Notes: generated by a model from the sequence alone, not told the origin. DNA of 62,894 bases, filler included, from an uncultured Methanosarcinales archaeon (GCA_964472345.1; 21 parts of 21 records of this genome joined end to end with filler, not necessarily neighbours in it); one strand, 5' to 3'. Numbered from the whole stretch's first letter, positions 37,794 to 48,230 are shown. Made by a program: numbers and translations.

Positions 37794-38446
37794 CGTTGTG
37801 CCCCAAGCCGCGACAGCAGGCGCACGTAGTCAAGCGGCGTGTTGATCTCTGCGAAGAAGAAGTTTCCCAGGCCGACGGCGGCGATGGGAGCCTGCTGCAA
37901 AGGCAGGTTCAGCCCGGCGAACACGTTCCGGTTTGCAAGGCAGTTTTTCTTCCACTCGCGCAGCACGCCCGCGTCCGTGATCTTGTAGATCCCAACCGCC
38001 TCAGGATCATGCTTATACTCTGCGCCGAGGTAGAGCGACTGCACCCGCGCGTCAGCGACCTTGCAGCGCACCGTGTTGATGCCTTTGTTCTCCGCATCGA
38101 GCGTGAAAACCGCGTTCGCCGGCGCCTCCCGGATTGCCTGCACCAATCCCTCGTCAAAGAGCAGGTCGGCGGAAAGGATGATGCAGGGCCGTTCATCCAA
38201 GGCGAGCGCCAGGCTGTAGCTGTTGCCCGTGATCCTCCACTGGTCGTTGTACACATACACAAGTTTCGGATAGCGGCTCATCACCCCAATCGCGTTATAG
38301 CCTACGACAACGGTCACCTCATGCTCGGGAAAGAGCCGCAGGTACCTCTCGATGATGGTTTCATTGCTCCGTGGGTCCCGGATGAGCAGCTTGTGGAACC
38401 CGTCGAGCTTGAAGCCCTGCCCTGCCGCAAGAACGATGAGTCTCAT
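37790..38446 (-). CDS. LicC-like NTP transferase
   Basis: IVLAAGQG, VVVGYN, GNSYSL, ADLLFD, EINTPLDY. Confidence 0.85.
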   Translation of the reverse strand: MRLIVLAAGQGFKLDGFHKLLIRDPRSNETIIERYLRLFPEHEVTVVVGYNAIGVMSRYPKLVYVYNDQWRITGNSYSLALALDERPCIILSADLLFDEGLVQAIREAPANAVFTLDAENKGINTVRCKVADARVQSLYLGAEYKHDPEAVGIYKITDAGVLREWKKNCLANRNVFAGLNLPLQQAPIAAVGLGNFFFAEINTPLDYVRLLSRLGAQR

Positions 38447-39603
38447 GATAACCCCTTCCGCACATCCTTGCCCTTCAGCTGCTCCAGCGGGATGGCGCAT
38501 TCTCCCACTGCGCTCGGGAACTTGTGCTTCACGGTCTTGTACGGGTAATGCTCACCGCGTGCCGCCCGTGCGATGACCAGCGGAACGCTCACCGGCTCTT
38601 CCTTGCGGAGCGTCCAGACCTTGACATCCTCATAATTGAAGCCCTGGACAGGCACATGGCTAAGCCCAAGGCGGAGCGCAGCCTGGAGGCGGTGCTGCCC
38701 GTCAAGGACAAGGTTATGGTTCTTCTCGACGGAAAGCGGCCTGGTCCACTGCTGCTCGTGCAGGATCTTCTGCATGAGCTGCTGCACACGCGCCTCGTCG
38801 AACCCCTCGATATGCTTGAGTTTCCTGACATCGGCGAGCGTGATGTCGCCGGCAGCGGGCCCCTGCTGGTCAAAGTTCCGTTCCGCGATGAGGGCATATT
38901 CGCCGGCGGTGTTGAACGTCTCGAAGAGGTAATGCTCTGCGTTTCCCTCGATGCAGGGCAGCTCCGCAAGGTGCTCGATCCACGGGATGAGATAGTACTG
39001 CTGGAAGGTGCGCTGCGCATACGCGCTCACCAGTTCCCGGAAGCGCGGCAGCTCCTTCGCGCTGACGCGCATAATCCCGGTGAGCTTTGAGTACCCGGCG
39101 TATTCCCCGCGGTACTCAGGGACGATCCGGATGTCGGTGATGTTCCCGAAGCGGTCACTCGCAAGGATGCCGCCGTACTGCGGCGGGTGGAACGCCCCGC
39201 GGGTGAACCAGACGGACCTTCCTTCGAAATCCGCGCCGGTCACGTACGCGACAAGCGCATCCTCCATGACCATGTCAGCCTCGAAGATGGCCAGCGGCTC
39301 GCGCACCGCGGCGAGCGCCAGCTCCATCGAGTGGATGTTGACGTCCTCCGCATAGCGCTCATTCACGATGATCTCGACGGTGACGCCGGGGATGCCGCGG
39401 ACAGAAGCGATGAGCTTCTCCTTGAGATACCCGACAACGAGCACGACGCGGGCCACGCCGCTTTTCCTGAGCTGGAAGATGAGCCGGTTGAGCAGCGGCT
39501 GGCCGTGGCAGGGAAGCAGGCTCTTGGGCGTATCGTCGGTGAGCGCACCCATGCGCCTGCTCGATCCTGCTGCGAGGATGATGGCAGTCTTAATTTCCTG
39601 CAT
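38443..39603 (-). CDS. LicC-like cytidylyltransferase fused to a ParB/Srx (SerK/SbnI-like) domain
   Basis: N-terminal AIILAAGSSRRMG..PKSLL; C-terminal LKHIE..., LVLDGQHRLQAALRLGLSHVPV, YPYKTVKHKFP. Confidence 0.85.
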   Translation of the reverse strand: MQEIKTAIILAAGSSRRMGALTDDTPKSLLPCHGQPLLNRLIFQLRKSGVARVVLVVGYLKEKLIASVRGIPGVTVEIIVNERYAEDVNIHSMELALAAVREPLAIFEADMVMEDALVAYVTGADFEGRSVWFTRGAFHPPQYGGILASDRFGNITDIRIVPEYRGEYAGYSKLTGIMRVSAKELPRFRELVSAYAQRTFQQYYLIPWIEHLAELPCIEGNAEHYLFETFNTAGEYALIAERNFDQQGPAAGDITLADVRKLKHIEGFDEARVQQLMQKILHEQQWTRPLSVEKNHNLVLDGQHRLQAALRLGLSHVPVQGFNYEDVKVWTLRKEEPVSVPLVIARAARGEHYPYKTVKHKFPSAVGECAIPLEQLKGKDVRKGLS

Positions 39604-40316
39604 CGCTCTGCCCTCCGGCGGATAAGGAGCCCCTGCCGCTGCCGGCAGCGCCGCTTCGGGCCTTGCGCGCCAGGATGAAATACCCCCGCACACGGACCAG
39701 CGGGCCGAGAATGCGGCTGCACGGCGCCATGATGGGCCGTTTTCCCAGGAACCCGTACGCGACGCGATCGACGAGGCGCCTGTTGCCCAGCAGCCGATCG
39801 AGGGCCTTCTTGAAGAAATCCATAAGGATCCCGTACTGGTACGCATGGTTGATGCGCACGTCAACGACCTGCAGTCCGGCGGACGTGATGTCCCCGAGGA
39901 TTTTGGACAGCGGCCAGTAGATGATGTGGTAGCTGCCGGTGCGCACTAAGGTCCTGTTTCTCCGGAAGAGCGGGGTGCGGAACAGCACAAGCCCGTGCTC
40001 GCTGAGGTGCCTGCGGACATTCCTGAAGAACGGGATGAGGTCAGGCTCATTGAGGTAGGGGATGACCGCCCCGTCGAAGATGACATCGAACTTCCGCCTG
40101 AGGTCCATCCGCGCGACATCCTTGCAGAGGAATGTGACATTCTTCCTGCCGCTCCTCCGCGCCTCATTCTGCGCAATGCGAATGCCGTTGGGCGAGAGAT
40201 CGACGCCGACGACCTCCCTGAAGTGATTCGCGAAATAGAACGAATGCCTGCCGCGCCCGCATCCGAGACTTCGCGGCGTGTCCGCGCCAGGCGCCCGCGC
40301 GCTGCACAGCCCGGCC
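39590..40316 (-). CDS. Class I SAM-dependent methyltransferase, 5' partial
   Basis: LGCGRGRHS, VVGVDLSP, KFDVIF, HLSEHG. Confidence 0.8.
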
Positions 40317-40416
40317 NNNNNNNNNNNNNNNNNNNNNNNNNNNNNNNNNNNNNNNNNNNNTTAATTAATTAANNNNNNNNNNNNNNNNNNNNNNNNNNNN
40401 NNNNNNNNNNNNNNNN

Positions 40417-40701
40417 GTGCGGCTTCCGCGCGGGAGAGAAGTGTTCGGCATCGTGCAGCAGCGGTATGGCGGCAGCCGGATGAAGGTGCTCTGCCTTGAC
40501 GGCAAGACGCGCACCTGCCGCATCCCGGGCAGGCTGAAGCAGTCGCTGTGGGTGCGCGAAGGCAATATCGTGCTGGTCGAGCCGTGGGAGCTGACGGCGA
40601 ATGAGCGCGGCGACATCGTGTACAAGTACCACAAGAACCAGGTCGAACTCCTCCGCAGGCAGGGGCATCTGCGCAAGCTCGAGCACACCGATGAATTTTG
40701 A
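40417..40701 (+). CDS. eif1a: Translation initiation factor aIF1A, 5' partial
   Basis: RLP..REVFG, CLDGKTRTCRIPGRLK..LWVREG. Confidence 0.95.
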   Translation: MRLPRGREVFGIVQQRYGGSRMKVLCLDGKTRTCRIPGRLKQSLWVREGNIVLVEPWELTANERGDIVYKYHKNQVELLRRQGHLRKLEHTDEF

Positions 40702-40797
40702 CTGCAGTGAGAGGTTAGTATTTATTTTTTAGTGGTTACATATTTTCTCCACTTTCAAATAGAAATCTTTAAATAGAACGCGCCTTTTCTCCGGCGC

Positions 40798-41274
40798 ATG
40801 GAGCGACCGGGCACCGCGGGGTTTGTGCTGCATCTTGCAGTCCTGCTGGTGCTGTTCTTGGGGCTGAGCAGCGCGGTGTTTGCCGCCCGCGGCACGCTGC
40901 TGCGCCTTGAGCTGCTGATCACCGCAGGCCTGCTCGCGCTCGCGGTGCTTGCGATGTGGCGCTACCTGGCTCAGGGGGAGACGGCCATGCTGCTGCTGGT
41001 GTATGCCGCAAGCATGCTGAACGTCGTCGTGCTGTTCATTTCGCTGCGGCAGCTCGCGAGCCTGCCGCTGCTGCTGTCCGCGATCGGCGTGTTCCTGGCG
41101 CTTGTCCTGCGCGAGCAGCCCGCGCCCGCAAAGGAGCAGGAGCCGTGGGCGACGAAGGATGTGAAGATCGAGGAGATCGAGCCGGAGCACGTCTCCGAAG
41201 CGCCTGCCGCTGCACCAGCGAAGCGCGGGCGGAAGCCTGGAAAGCGGAAACGCGGCAGGCCGCGGAAGCAGTAA
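40798..41274 (+). CDS. Membrane protein with basic C-terminal tail
   Basis: Four TM segments; KRGRKPGKRKRGRPRK (AT-hook-like). Confidence 0.7.
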   Translation: MERPGTAGFVLHLAVLLVLFLGLSSAVFAARGTLLRLELLITAGLLALAVLAMWRYLAQGETAMLLLVYAASMLNVVVLFISLRQLASLPLLLSAIGVFLALVLREQPAPAKEQEPWATKDVKIEEIEPEHVSEAPAAAPAKRGRKPGKRKRGRPRKQ

Positions 41275-41307
41275 GGTTTTTATCCTTCTCCCGTTTGCTG
41301 CCGATGC

Positions 41308-41754
41308 GTGAAGACGGATCTGACCATATGCGCCTGCATCATTGCTGAGGAAAAGCTGCTTCTCATCCTCCACCGCAAGCTCAAGCTGTGGCTGTTTCCC
41401 GGCGGACATATCGAGAAGGATGAAACTCCCGACGCTGCCGTGCGGCGTGAGGTTGCGGAAGAGGTCGGGCTGCGCGCGGAGCTGGTGAAGGGGTCTGCGG
41501 CCAAAGCTCCGGGCGAAATCGAGGTCCTCGCCGTTCCATTCTATGTCAACCTGCACTCCGTGGGCGACCACCACCACGTCGGCTTTTTCTATCTCTGCAC
41601 AACTTCCGACAGCAGGGTGCAGCTGAATACGGGGGAAAGCGATGCGTACCGGTGGCTTTCTGCCGGAGAGCTCGCGTCAAGCCCGCTGCCCGCTGACAGC
41701 ATCAGGAAAATCGCGCAGCTGGCGTTTGAGCGCTATGGCGCCCTGCGAAGGTGA
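41308..41754 (+). CDS. NUDIX hydrolase
   Basis: WLFPGGHIEKDETPDAAVRREVAEEVGL. Confidence 0.92.
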   Translation: MKTDLTICACIIAEEKLLLILHRKLKLWLFPGGHIEKDETPDAAVRREVAEEVGLRAELVKGSAAKAPGEIEVLAVPFYVNLHSVGDHHHVGFFYLCTTSDSRVQLNTGESDAYRWLSAGELASSPLPADSIRKIAQLAFERYGALRR

Positions 41755-42197
41755 AACAGGAGGAGAAGCGCAACGCCGATCGTGATTGCCGCGTCCGCAC
41801 CGTTGAACACCGGCCAGAAGCTGAAGTCGATGAAGTCCGTCACCGCGCCGAAGGCGATGCGGTCGATCAGGTTGCTCATCGCGCCGCCCATGATGAGCGC
41901 GACCGGCACGCGGGGGAGCTGCTCCTCGTCGTTCTTCGCGTGGTAGTACCACCCGAGGAACGCGATGATCGCGATGCTGGCAGCGATCAGGAAGGTGTTC
42001 AGGCCCTGCAGGATTCCGAAGCCTGCTCCGGTGTTCGTGGTGAGCGTCAGCGAGAGGAACGGGGCGGCAAGGGCCAGGGGCTTGCCGGACGTGAGCGTGT
42101 TCCTGGCGATGAGCTTGGTGAGCTGGTCGAGAAGGATGACGGCAAGCGCAACCAGGGCAAGGCGCACGTCCGGGCGTCGCATCGCGGGCGCTACCAT
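41733..42197 (-). CDS. lspA: Lipoprotein signal peptidase II
   Basis: LDQLTK, NTGAGFG, GGAMSNLIDR, VTDFID, WPVFNGADAAI. Confidence 0.92.
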   Translation of the reverse strand: MVAPAMRRPDVRLALVALAVILLDQLTKLIARNTLTSGKPLALAAPFLSLTLTTNTGAGFGILQGLNTFLIAASIAIIAFLGWYYHAKNDEEQLPRVPVALIMGGAMSNLIDRIAFGAVTDFIDFSFWPVFNGADAAITIGVALLLLFHLRRAP

Positions 42198-42556
42198 CGG
42201 TAGGGTTTTTCTGCCTTCTCGTCAACGCCGGCAATCTTCTCGAGCCGCGCAATGCGGATCTCAATGTTTGTCAATGCCGAGCGGATGGCATCGAGCTTGC
42301 TGAGGATCAGCTCGACGTCACGCGACGCAAGCGCCTGCTGCGCCGCCGGGTTGAAGGTGGGCGGCTGGTAGGAGCGCAGCGGTGACGGTGACGGCTCGAA
42401 ATCAGGCTGCAGCTCGGGCGGCGCCTGCGGCTTTGGCGGCGGTGAAGCGCCGAGCTCCGGAAGGCCGAACTCGTCGGGCGGCATCGGCTCGTAGGGAGGC
42501 TTCTCGAGCGCAAGGTCAGATTTCTTTTTTCCGAGCAGTTTGCCGAAGATGCCCAT
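42191..42556 (-). CDS. Hypothetical Pro-rich protein with C-terminal coiled coil
   Basis: MGIFGKLLGKKK...ELILSKLDAIRSALTNIEIRIARLE. Confidence 0.75.
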   Translation of the reverse strand: MGIFGKLLGKKKSDLALEKPPYEPMPPDEFGLPELGASPPPKPQAPPELQPDFEPSPSPLRSYQPPTFNPAAQQALASRDVELILSKLDAIRSALTNIEIRIARLEKIAGVDEKAEKPYRW

Positions 42557-42557
42557 A

Positions 42558-43157
42558 TCATTCAATTGCTTTGATGAGAAAGGATGGAATGTTTGCGGCT
42601 ATTTTAAAGGTGACGGTTTCCGGCTCGAGCGCGACGGTTCCTTCCGCGGATCCGGTGAGCAGGAAGAGGGCATCCTCCTGAAGGGCCTGCGCGGCAAGCC
42701 CGGCGAAGAGGAGTCCGCGCGCCTCGTGGTCCGTCGTTATGTGCAGCTGCTCAAGGGAGCGCTGCATGAGCTGGCGGGTTTCCGGCGTGTCCTGCGCGCC
42801 CTGCTCCGCAAGGAGCCGCGCGATAAGGCGCTCGCGGGTGTTCGCTGCGCGGATCTCTTCAAGCGGCTGTCCGGGGGTGAAAGCCTGCGCGTCGATGAGG
42901 ACAACGCGGAAGTAGCTGTCGCGGACCGCCCTGAGGTTATGCGCCTCGACGGACGGCTGGAGCTGCTGGAGCCGCCCTTCATCCAGATAGCGCAGCGCCT
43001 CTGCCGCCGCCAGCTTGCCGTCAAAGCCCGCGATGAGCCTGCCGCTCTCGTGCAGGAGGAAGAGGTTCTGCGCGTCGGGAAAGGTGTCCGCAAAGGCCCG
43101 CGCCTCGCTGATGACATTGATGCCGACGGCAGCGCTGAGAGCCACCGCAAGGATGGC
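42558..43157 (-). CDS. Hypothetical protein, partial
   Basis: Open frame to contig edge; stop abuts next start. Confidence 0.6.
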   Translation of the reverse strand, partial: AILAVALSAAVGINVISEARAFADTFPDAQNLFLLHESGRLIAGFDGKLAAAEALRYLDEGRLQQLQPSVEAHNLRAVRDSYFRVVLIDAQAFTPGQPLEEIRAANTRERLIARLLAEQGAQDTPETRQLMQRSLEQLHITTDHEARGLLFAGLAAQALQEDALFLLTGSAEGTVALEPETVTFKIAANIPSFLIKAIE

Positions 43158-43309
43158 NNNNNNNNNNNNNNNNNNNNNNNNNNNNNNNNNNNNNNNNNNN
43201 NTTAATTAATTAANNNNNNNNNNNNNNNNNNNNNNNNNNNNNNNNNNNNNNNNNNNNGCGCAACGAGAGAACGGAGCAAAGCAGAGTGCTTGCGGGCGCC
43301 GGCAGCCGC

Positions 43310-43696
43310 TCAGGAGCCCGCCGACGGGCTTTGCGACGCCCGGCAGCGCGAGCATATCCCCATGACATTGATTTGGAAATGGCAGATCTCCTCATCGGTC
43401 GCAGCGCTCAGGAAGTCGGCCCGCTTCAGCTCAAGGTGCTTTGTTTCGCCGCAGTGCTCGCAGCAGAAATGCGAGTGGTTCTTCTCGCTCAGGGAGTAGA
43501 CCTTCCTGTCGCCGCAGATATAGTGGTGGAGCGTCCCATTCTCTTCGAGCGTCTTCAGGAAGCGGTAGACGGTCGCAAGCCCGATGCGGGGGTCTTTCCT
43601 GGCGACTCTCCGGCGGAGGGCTGGGGCGTCAAAAAATGAGCGCAGGCCGTTCAGTTCCCCGTACAGGAGCTGCTTTTGTTTCGTCATGCGGCCCAT
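43310..43696 (-). CDS. Fur family regulator (Zur-like)
   Basis: IGLATVYRFL, HSHFCCEHCG, GICSRC. Confidence 0.9.
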   Translation of the reverse strand: MGRMTKQKQLLYGELNGLRSFFDAPALRRRVARKDPRIGLATVYRFLKTLEENGTLHHYICGDRKVYSLSEKNHSHFCCEHCGETKHLELKRADFLSAATDEEICHFQINVMGICSRCRASQSPSAGS

Positions 43697-43732
43697 GCCC
43701 CTGGAGAGAGTCACCTGGTATATAAACATTTC

Positions 43733-43755
43733 TTATTGATAATAAAAATCAATAA
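43733..43755. promoter_or_regulatory. Fur/Zur-type operator between divergent TATA boxes
   Basis: TTATTGAT-N7-ATCAATAA perfect inverted repeat between fur and ZIP genes. Confidence 0.7.
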
Positions 43756-43787
43756 CATTTATAAACACCGGACCCGTTCATTGCCTC

Positions 43788-44561
43788 ATGGCGGCGGAAA
43801 CCTGGCTCTATACGCTCGCAAGCCTCGTGCTCGTGAGCCTGCTGTCGTTCATCGGCATTGTTCTCCTCTCGTTGCGCAGGCCGTTCCTCGAGAAGATGCT
43901 GCTCTTCCTCGTCAGCTTTGCGGTCGGCGCGCTTCTCGGCGACGCCTTCATCCACCTCTTTCCTGAGGCCATCGAGAGCGGCACGACACCTCTCGCATTC
44001 GGCATCAGCGCCCTCCTCGGCTTCGTCATCTTCTTCGTGATAGAGAAGTTCCTCCGCTGGCATCACCGCCACCTCTTTCCGCACGCGGAAGAAGGGAGCC
44101 ATCACCATCGCTTCGCGCAGCCCTACGTATGGATGAACCTGTTCGGCGACGGCATCCACAACTTCATCGACGGCGTCATCATCGCAGGCAGCTACCTTGC
44201 CAGCGTCCCGCTCGGCATCACCACCACGCTTGCAGTGGTCTTCCACGAGGGGCCTCAGGAGCTTGGCGACTTCGCGATCCTGATCAGTGGCGGCCTCAGC
44301 CGCATGAAGGCGCTCTTCTTCAACTTCCTTTCTGCGCTGTCCGCAATCGCCGGTGGCCTGCTCACCTTGCTCCTTGGCTCGCGGATCGAAGGCCTCACCC
44401 TGTTCCTCCTGCCGTTCACCTTCGCTGGCTTCACCTATATTGCCATGGCCACGCTCATCCCCGAGCTTCACCACGAGGACACACCCCACAAGCTCGTCGT
44501 CCAGGTCGTTGGCATCACGCTCGGAATCGTGGTGATGGCGCTGTTGCTGCTGCTGGAGTGA
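43788..44561 (+). CDS. ZIP family zinc transporter
   Basis: FAVGALLGDAFIHLFPE, DGIHNFIDG, HEGPQELGDF; His-rich loop. Confidence 0.95.
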   Translation: MAAETWLYTLASLVLVSLLSFIGIVLLSLRRPFLEKMLLFLVSFAVGALLGDAFIHLFPEAIESGTTPLAFGISALLGFVIFFVIEKFLRWHHRHLFPHAEEGSHHHRFAQPYVWMNLFGDGIHNFIDGVIIAGSYLASVPLGITTTLAVVFHEGPQELGDFAILISGGLSRMKALFFNFLSALSAIAGGLLTLLLGSRIEGLTLFLLPFTFAGFTYIAMATLIPELHHEDTPHKLVVQVVGITLGIVVMALLLLLE

Positions 44562-44565
44562 GCCC

Positions 44566-45111
44566 ATGCTGCGCGTCCCCCTCGTTTCGATCTGCGTCGC
44601 CGCGGCCCTTCTCTCGCTTGCATTTGAAGTCACCGTCCAGGGCTCTCCGTACACGGAAGCGCAGGAGGAAGTGGTCGCCTACGTGCAGGGCATGGGCAGC
44701 ACGCTGCCGGTGTCGCTGACGGAGCGCGAGCGCGAACATCTTGCGGACGTGCGCACAGTCCTGCTCGCTGCACAGCTCTCTCTTCTTGTCACCCTCGCCG
44801 GTGCGTTTGCCGCAGGCCGCCTGCTCTCGGAGCGTGCGCTCGGAGCGGGCCTGCTCGTGGGCGGCGCTGCCGTGCTGGTGCTTGCCGCGCTCCTCGCCGC
44901 CGCAGCCATCGCCGCGTTTCCGCCGCTGTTCGACACGCTGCACCGCATCCTTTTCGCTCCCGGAAGCTGGCTTTTCCCCGCAGAAAGCACGCTGATCCAG
45001 CTGTTCCCGTTCAGCTTTTTTGCGCTCATGGCGAAACGTATATTAATGCTTGCTGCGTTCCTGGGCGTGGGAAGCAGTTTGGCTGGCCTGCTGCTGAAAC
45101 GGACGGCGTGA
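44566..45111 (+). CDS. DUF1461-like membrane protein
   Basis: EREHLADVR, FDTLHRILF, WLFP..STLIQLFP. Confidence 0.8.
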   Translation: MLRVPLVSICVAAALLSLAFEVTVQGSPYTEAQEEVVAYVQGMGSTLPVSLTEREREHLADVRTVLLAAQLSLLVTLAGAFAAGRLLSERALGAGLLVGGAAVLVLAALLAAAAIAAFPPLFDTLHRILFAPGSWLFPAESTLIQLFPFSFFALMAKRILMLAAFLGVGSSLAGLLLKRTA

Positions 45112-45148
45112 CGCCGGCCGGCGCCAGTCTCATCGAACGAGGTATTTC

Positions 45149-45325
45149 ATGCGTCTCCAGGCCTTCGGGTTTTCCGCGCGGTTGGTTGTCATCCTTCTCC
45201 TCATTGTCCTGCTCATCCTCATCTTCCTCCTGGTCAAGCTCGTGATCATGCTGCTGCCGGTGCTCATCACCATCATTATTATCCTTGTGCTCTTCCACTA
45301 CCTGAACAGGAAAAAGAGGGCATAG
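45149..45325 (+). CDS. Small membrane protein (58 aa)
   Basis: GAGGT SD; MRLQAFGFSARLVVILLLIVLL...LNRKKRA*; abuts tpiA start; not in the ORF track. Confidence 0.7.
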   Translation: MRLQAFGFSARLVVILLLIVLLILIFLLVKLVIMLLPVLITIIIILVLFHYLNRKKRA

Positions 45326-45981
45326 ATGAGACCGCTGATTCTTGTCAACTTCAAGGCGTACCAGGAGACGGCAGGCGCACGCGCATCCGCCCTTGCTGAG
45401 CTCTGCGAGCGCGTCGCGCGCACTGCAAGCGCAGATATCGCCGTCGCTCCTCCGCTGCCGTCGCTCGCGCTTGTCGCCTCTTCCGTGAAGATTCCCGTCT
45501 TCAGCCAGCATTGCGACGCTTCCGGCGCCGGCGCGTTCACGGGCCACGTAACTGCATCAGGCCTTGCTGCCTTCCGCGTCCACGGCTCCCTGCTCAACCA
45601 TGCGGAGCGCCCGCTCCCCCTGCGGACGCTTGCAAGAGCCGTGCAGCAGTGCCGGAAGCACAAGCTCACCACCGTCGTCTGCGCCCCGTCGCTGCGCTCC
45701 ATCAGCGCCATCCTCAGCGTCTGCACACCCAGCTACATCGCCTACGAGCCGCCTGCCTTGATCGGAGGATCAGTTTCCGTCACCACCGCGAAGCCTGGCA
45801 TCGTCACCGCCGCGGTGCAGCTCCTCAAAAAGAAAAGAAAAAGCGTCAGGCTTCTCTGCGGCGCAGGCGTCAAAACACGCCAGGATGTGCAGGCCGCGCT
45901 TCGGTTGGGCGCTGCCGGCGTTCTCGTCGCGTCAGCGGTCGTGAAAGCAAAGGATCCTGAACGCGCACTGCGCGCGCTGGT
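45326..45981 (+). CDS. tpiA: Triosephosphate isomerase, archaeal type, 3' partial
   Basis: LVNFKAY, SLLNHAE, IAYEPPALIG, LCGAGV. Confidence 0.95.
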
Positions 45982-46081
45982 NNNNNNNNNNNNNNNNNNN
46001 NNNNNNNNNNNNNNNNNNNNNNNNNTTAATTAATTAANNNNNNNNNNNNNNNNNNNNNNNNNNNNNNNNNNNNNNNNNNNN

Positions 46082-48230
46082 CGCCATCGCCGCCGGTCCT
46101 TCCGCTGGTATCGCTTGCGCCACCTCCTCCCCCCGAGCCGAGCAGCAGCGTCATGTTATCTCCGCCGGAGCCATATCCCACACCGCCATTTCCTCTTGTC
46201 GAGGCTGTGCTGTTCGGCTGCTCGCCTCCCACGCCACCGGCGCCGCCGAAGGCGCCGCCGCCTCCGCCTGCAGAAGCAGAGTTCGCTGTTCTTGCGCCCC
46301 CGCCGCCCCCGCCGCCATTTGCTGTTGATGCGGCGGAACCGGCAACGCTATTCAGGCCGTTTGTTCCCTGCGTCGCCGTGCACGAGGCGCCGTTGCACCC
46401 TGCTCCGCCCGCAGCGCCGCTCCCGTTGCCGATAATCTGGCCGCCGCTCTGGACGGTGAAGTTGCCTTTGTTGCCCAGGCTGATGTTCACATGACCCACA
46501 TTGGTCGCGTTCTTCTGACATATCAGGAGAACGCCCGTCGCCGTCACCAATATCTTATCATAGGCGGTCACCTCACCGCAGAGCTCCGTAACCACCCCAT
46601 CAATGGTAAGGTTGCCCTGGGGATCGATGATATGGTCGAACTCGACAGCCCCGTTGACGACACGCAGGTCGAACACGTCCTGGCTTTCAGAGAGGTTTGT
46701 CAGGTAGACAGTGGTGTATGCGCTGTCGGCGAACGTGTCAAAGTCTGCGATGAGCGCGCTCTCGTCAAGCTCATAGACTTCGATGCGCGGGCTTCCATTG
46801 ACGCTCCGCGGATAGATGGTGATATCCCTCTCCTTGGTGAGGTTCTGCGCAAATGTCACGCGCACGTATTCTCCATCCTTGATCGTCTCGCTCCATACGT
46901 TGTCCTGCGCGTGGAGCTCCTCGTAGATGTCGGACAGGGCAGTCCTGTTCTCGTTGAGATGCATCGCTTTTGTGATTTCAATGATTATCTCATAGGTCTG
47001 GCCGCTGAGGTGCGGCACGACCCACTCGATTGAGTCGATGAGGCCGTCCTGGTCATTGTCGATGATCTCAAACGGTATTGGCCTGAGCTCATAGCTCGAG
47101 GAGCGCGGTGGCGCTTCCGGCAGCTGTTCACTGATTGCCGTTTCGTCGCTGACCTCCCCGACGCGCTTTACCATCGTTTCGACGGACTCATAATCATGCC
47201 AGTAGAGCCTGATGCGCGCGTGCTCGTCAACTGCAACACCGGTAATCTCGGCCGATGCGATGATATCAGTATAGTGCAGCGCATCCGGCGCTGAGATGGT
47301 TATCCGCTTGCCGCTCGTGGTGATCTCCTCAACTGCCTGTGGTGCGGCCGTTGTGTATTCAATGGTATAGGCGGAATCTGCGCCGTCGAGCGCCACCCGC
47401 ACCGGCCCTGCCGCTTCCTGGCTCGCAACTGCCGCACCCGTGGCACCGAAGCCAAGCCAGCGGAAGAGTGCCTCGGCCAGCGTTGCGTTCCTGCCGCCAT
47501 CAGGCGTGAAGATGGCACTACCAGTGATGAGGCTGGCTCTTGCCGGCACGCTTCCGGCGGCTCCGTCCTGCGTCCTCGTGAGCGTGATGTTGGTCGCGTT
47601 TGGCGCGAGCAGGATGGTTGTGCTCTCGGCGCTCAGGAGCGTGACGTTCTTCACCCAGTGCACCGGCTCGCCGACGCGGATCTTCTTCCGCACCGTTTTC
47701 ACGATGGCTGTCGCGTTCGCGGCGCTTGTGGGGGCGGCCGTGCCGCCTTCGACTGCCGTTTCGCTGAGAGGTATGCCCGAAGGCGTCTGGTGGGCAAGCG
47801 TGTCTCCTGCCGGTGCTTCGATCACGTCAGCCACGGACAGGCCCGTCAGCTGCTGCTTCTCCCACGGACCGAGAATAGCAATGCTTGCGCCGAGCAGAGT
47901 GAGCAGGACGACCAATGCAACGAGCGGCAGCACGCGCCGCGGCATTTTGTCCCGCTGCGCTCCTTGTGTTGTTTCCTCAGCTTTGAGGCAGCGCTTGTAG
48001 TTGGCAATTGACAGGTCGTAGCTGGCAAGCGAGGCTTCGAGTGTCCTGCCCTTCAGCACAGCGTGGAGCGTGGAATCGTACTCTGCGAGGCCGATGCTGC
48101 CGTCGAGGAAGCGCTCCCGCAGCTCCTTGGCGGACTGGCGGAGCTTGAGCTTCTGGATCTCGCAGAGCTTGATGCTCCTCAGTAGCTCGAGCTTTCTCCT
48201 TTCGCTGTTCGAGTGCCTAGTGCTTGCCAT
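46082..48230 (-). CDS. Large membrane-anchored surface protein with Gly-rich region, partial
   Basis: TM helix near the N-terminus; beta-rich extracellular part; GGGGGA repeats; many sequons. Confidence 0.8.

Noticed and set aside
38443..39864. 473-aa ORF start at 39864
   Set aside because: The first 87 codons overlap the methyltransferase; the real start is the ATG at 39603 with an SD-like GGAGG.
40270..40316. Natural N-terminus of the methyltransferase
   Set aside because: Residues before LGCGRG lack the expected hydrophobic-D strand; the contig end may be chimeric or low quality.
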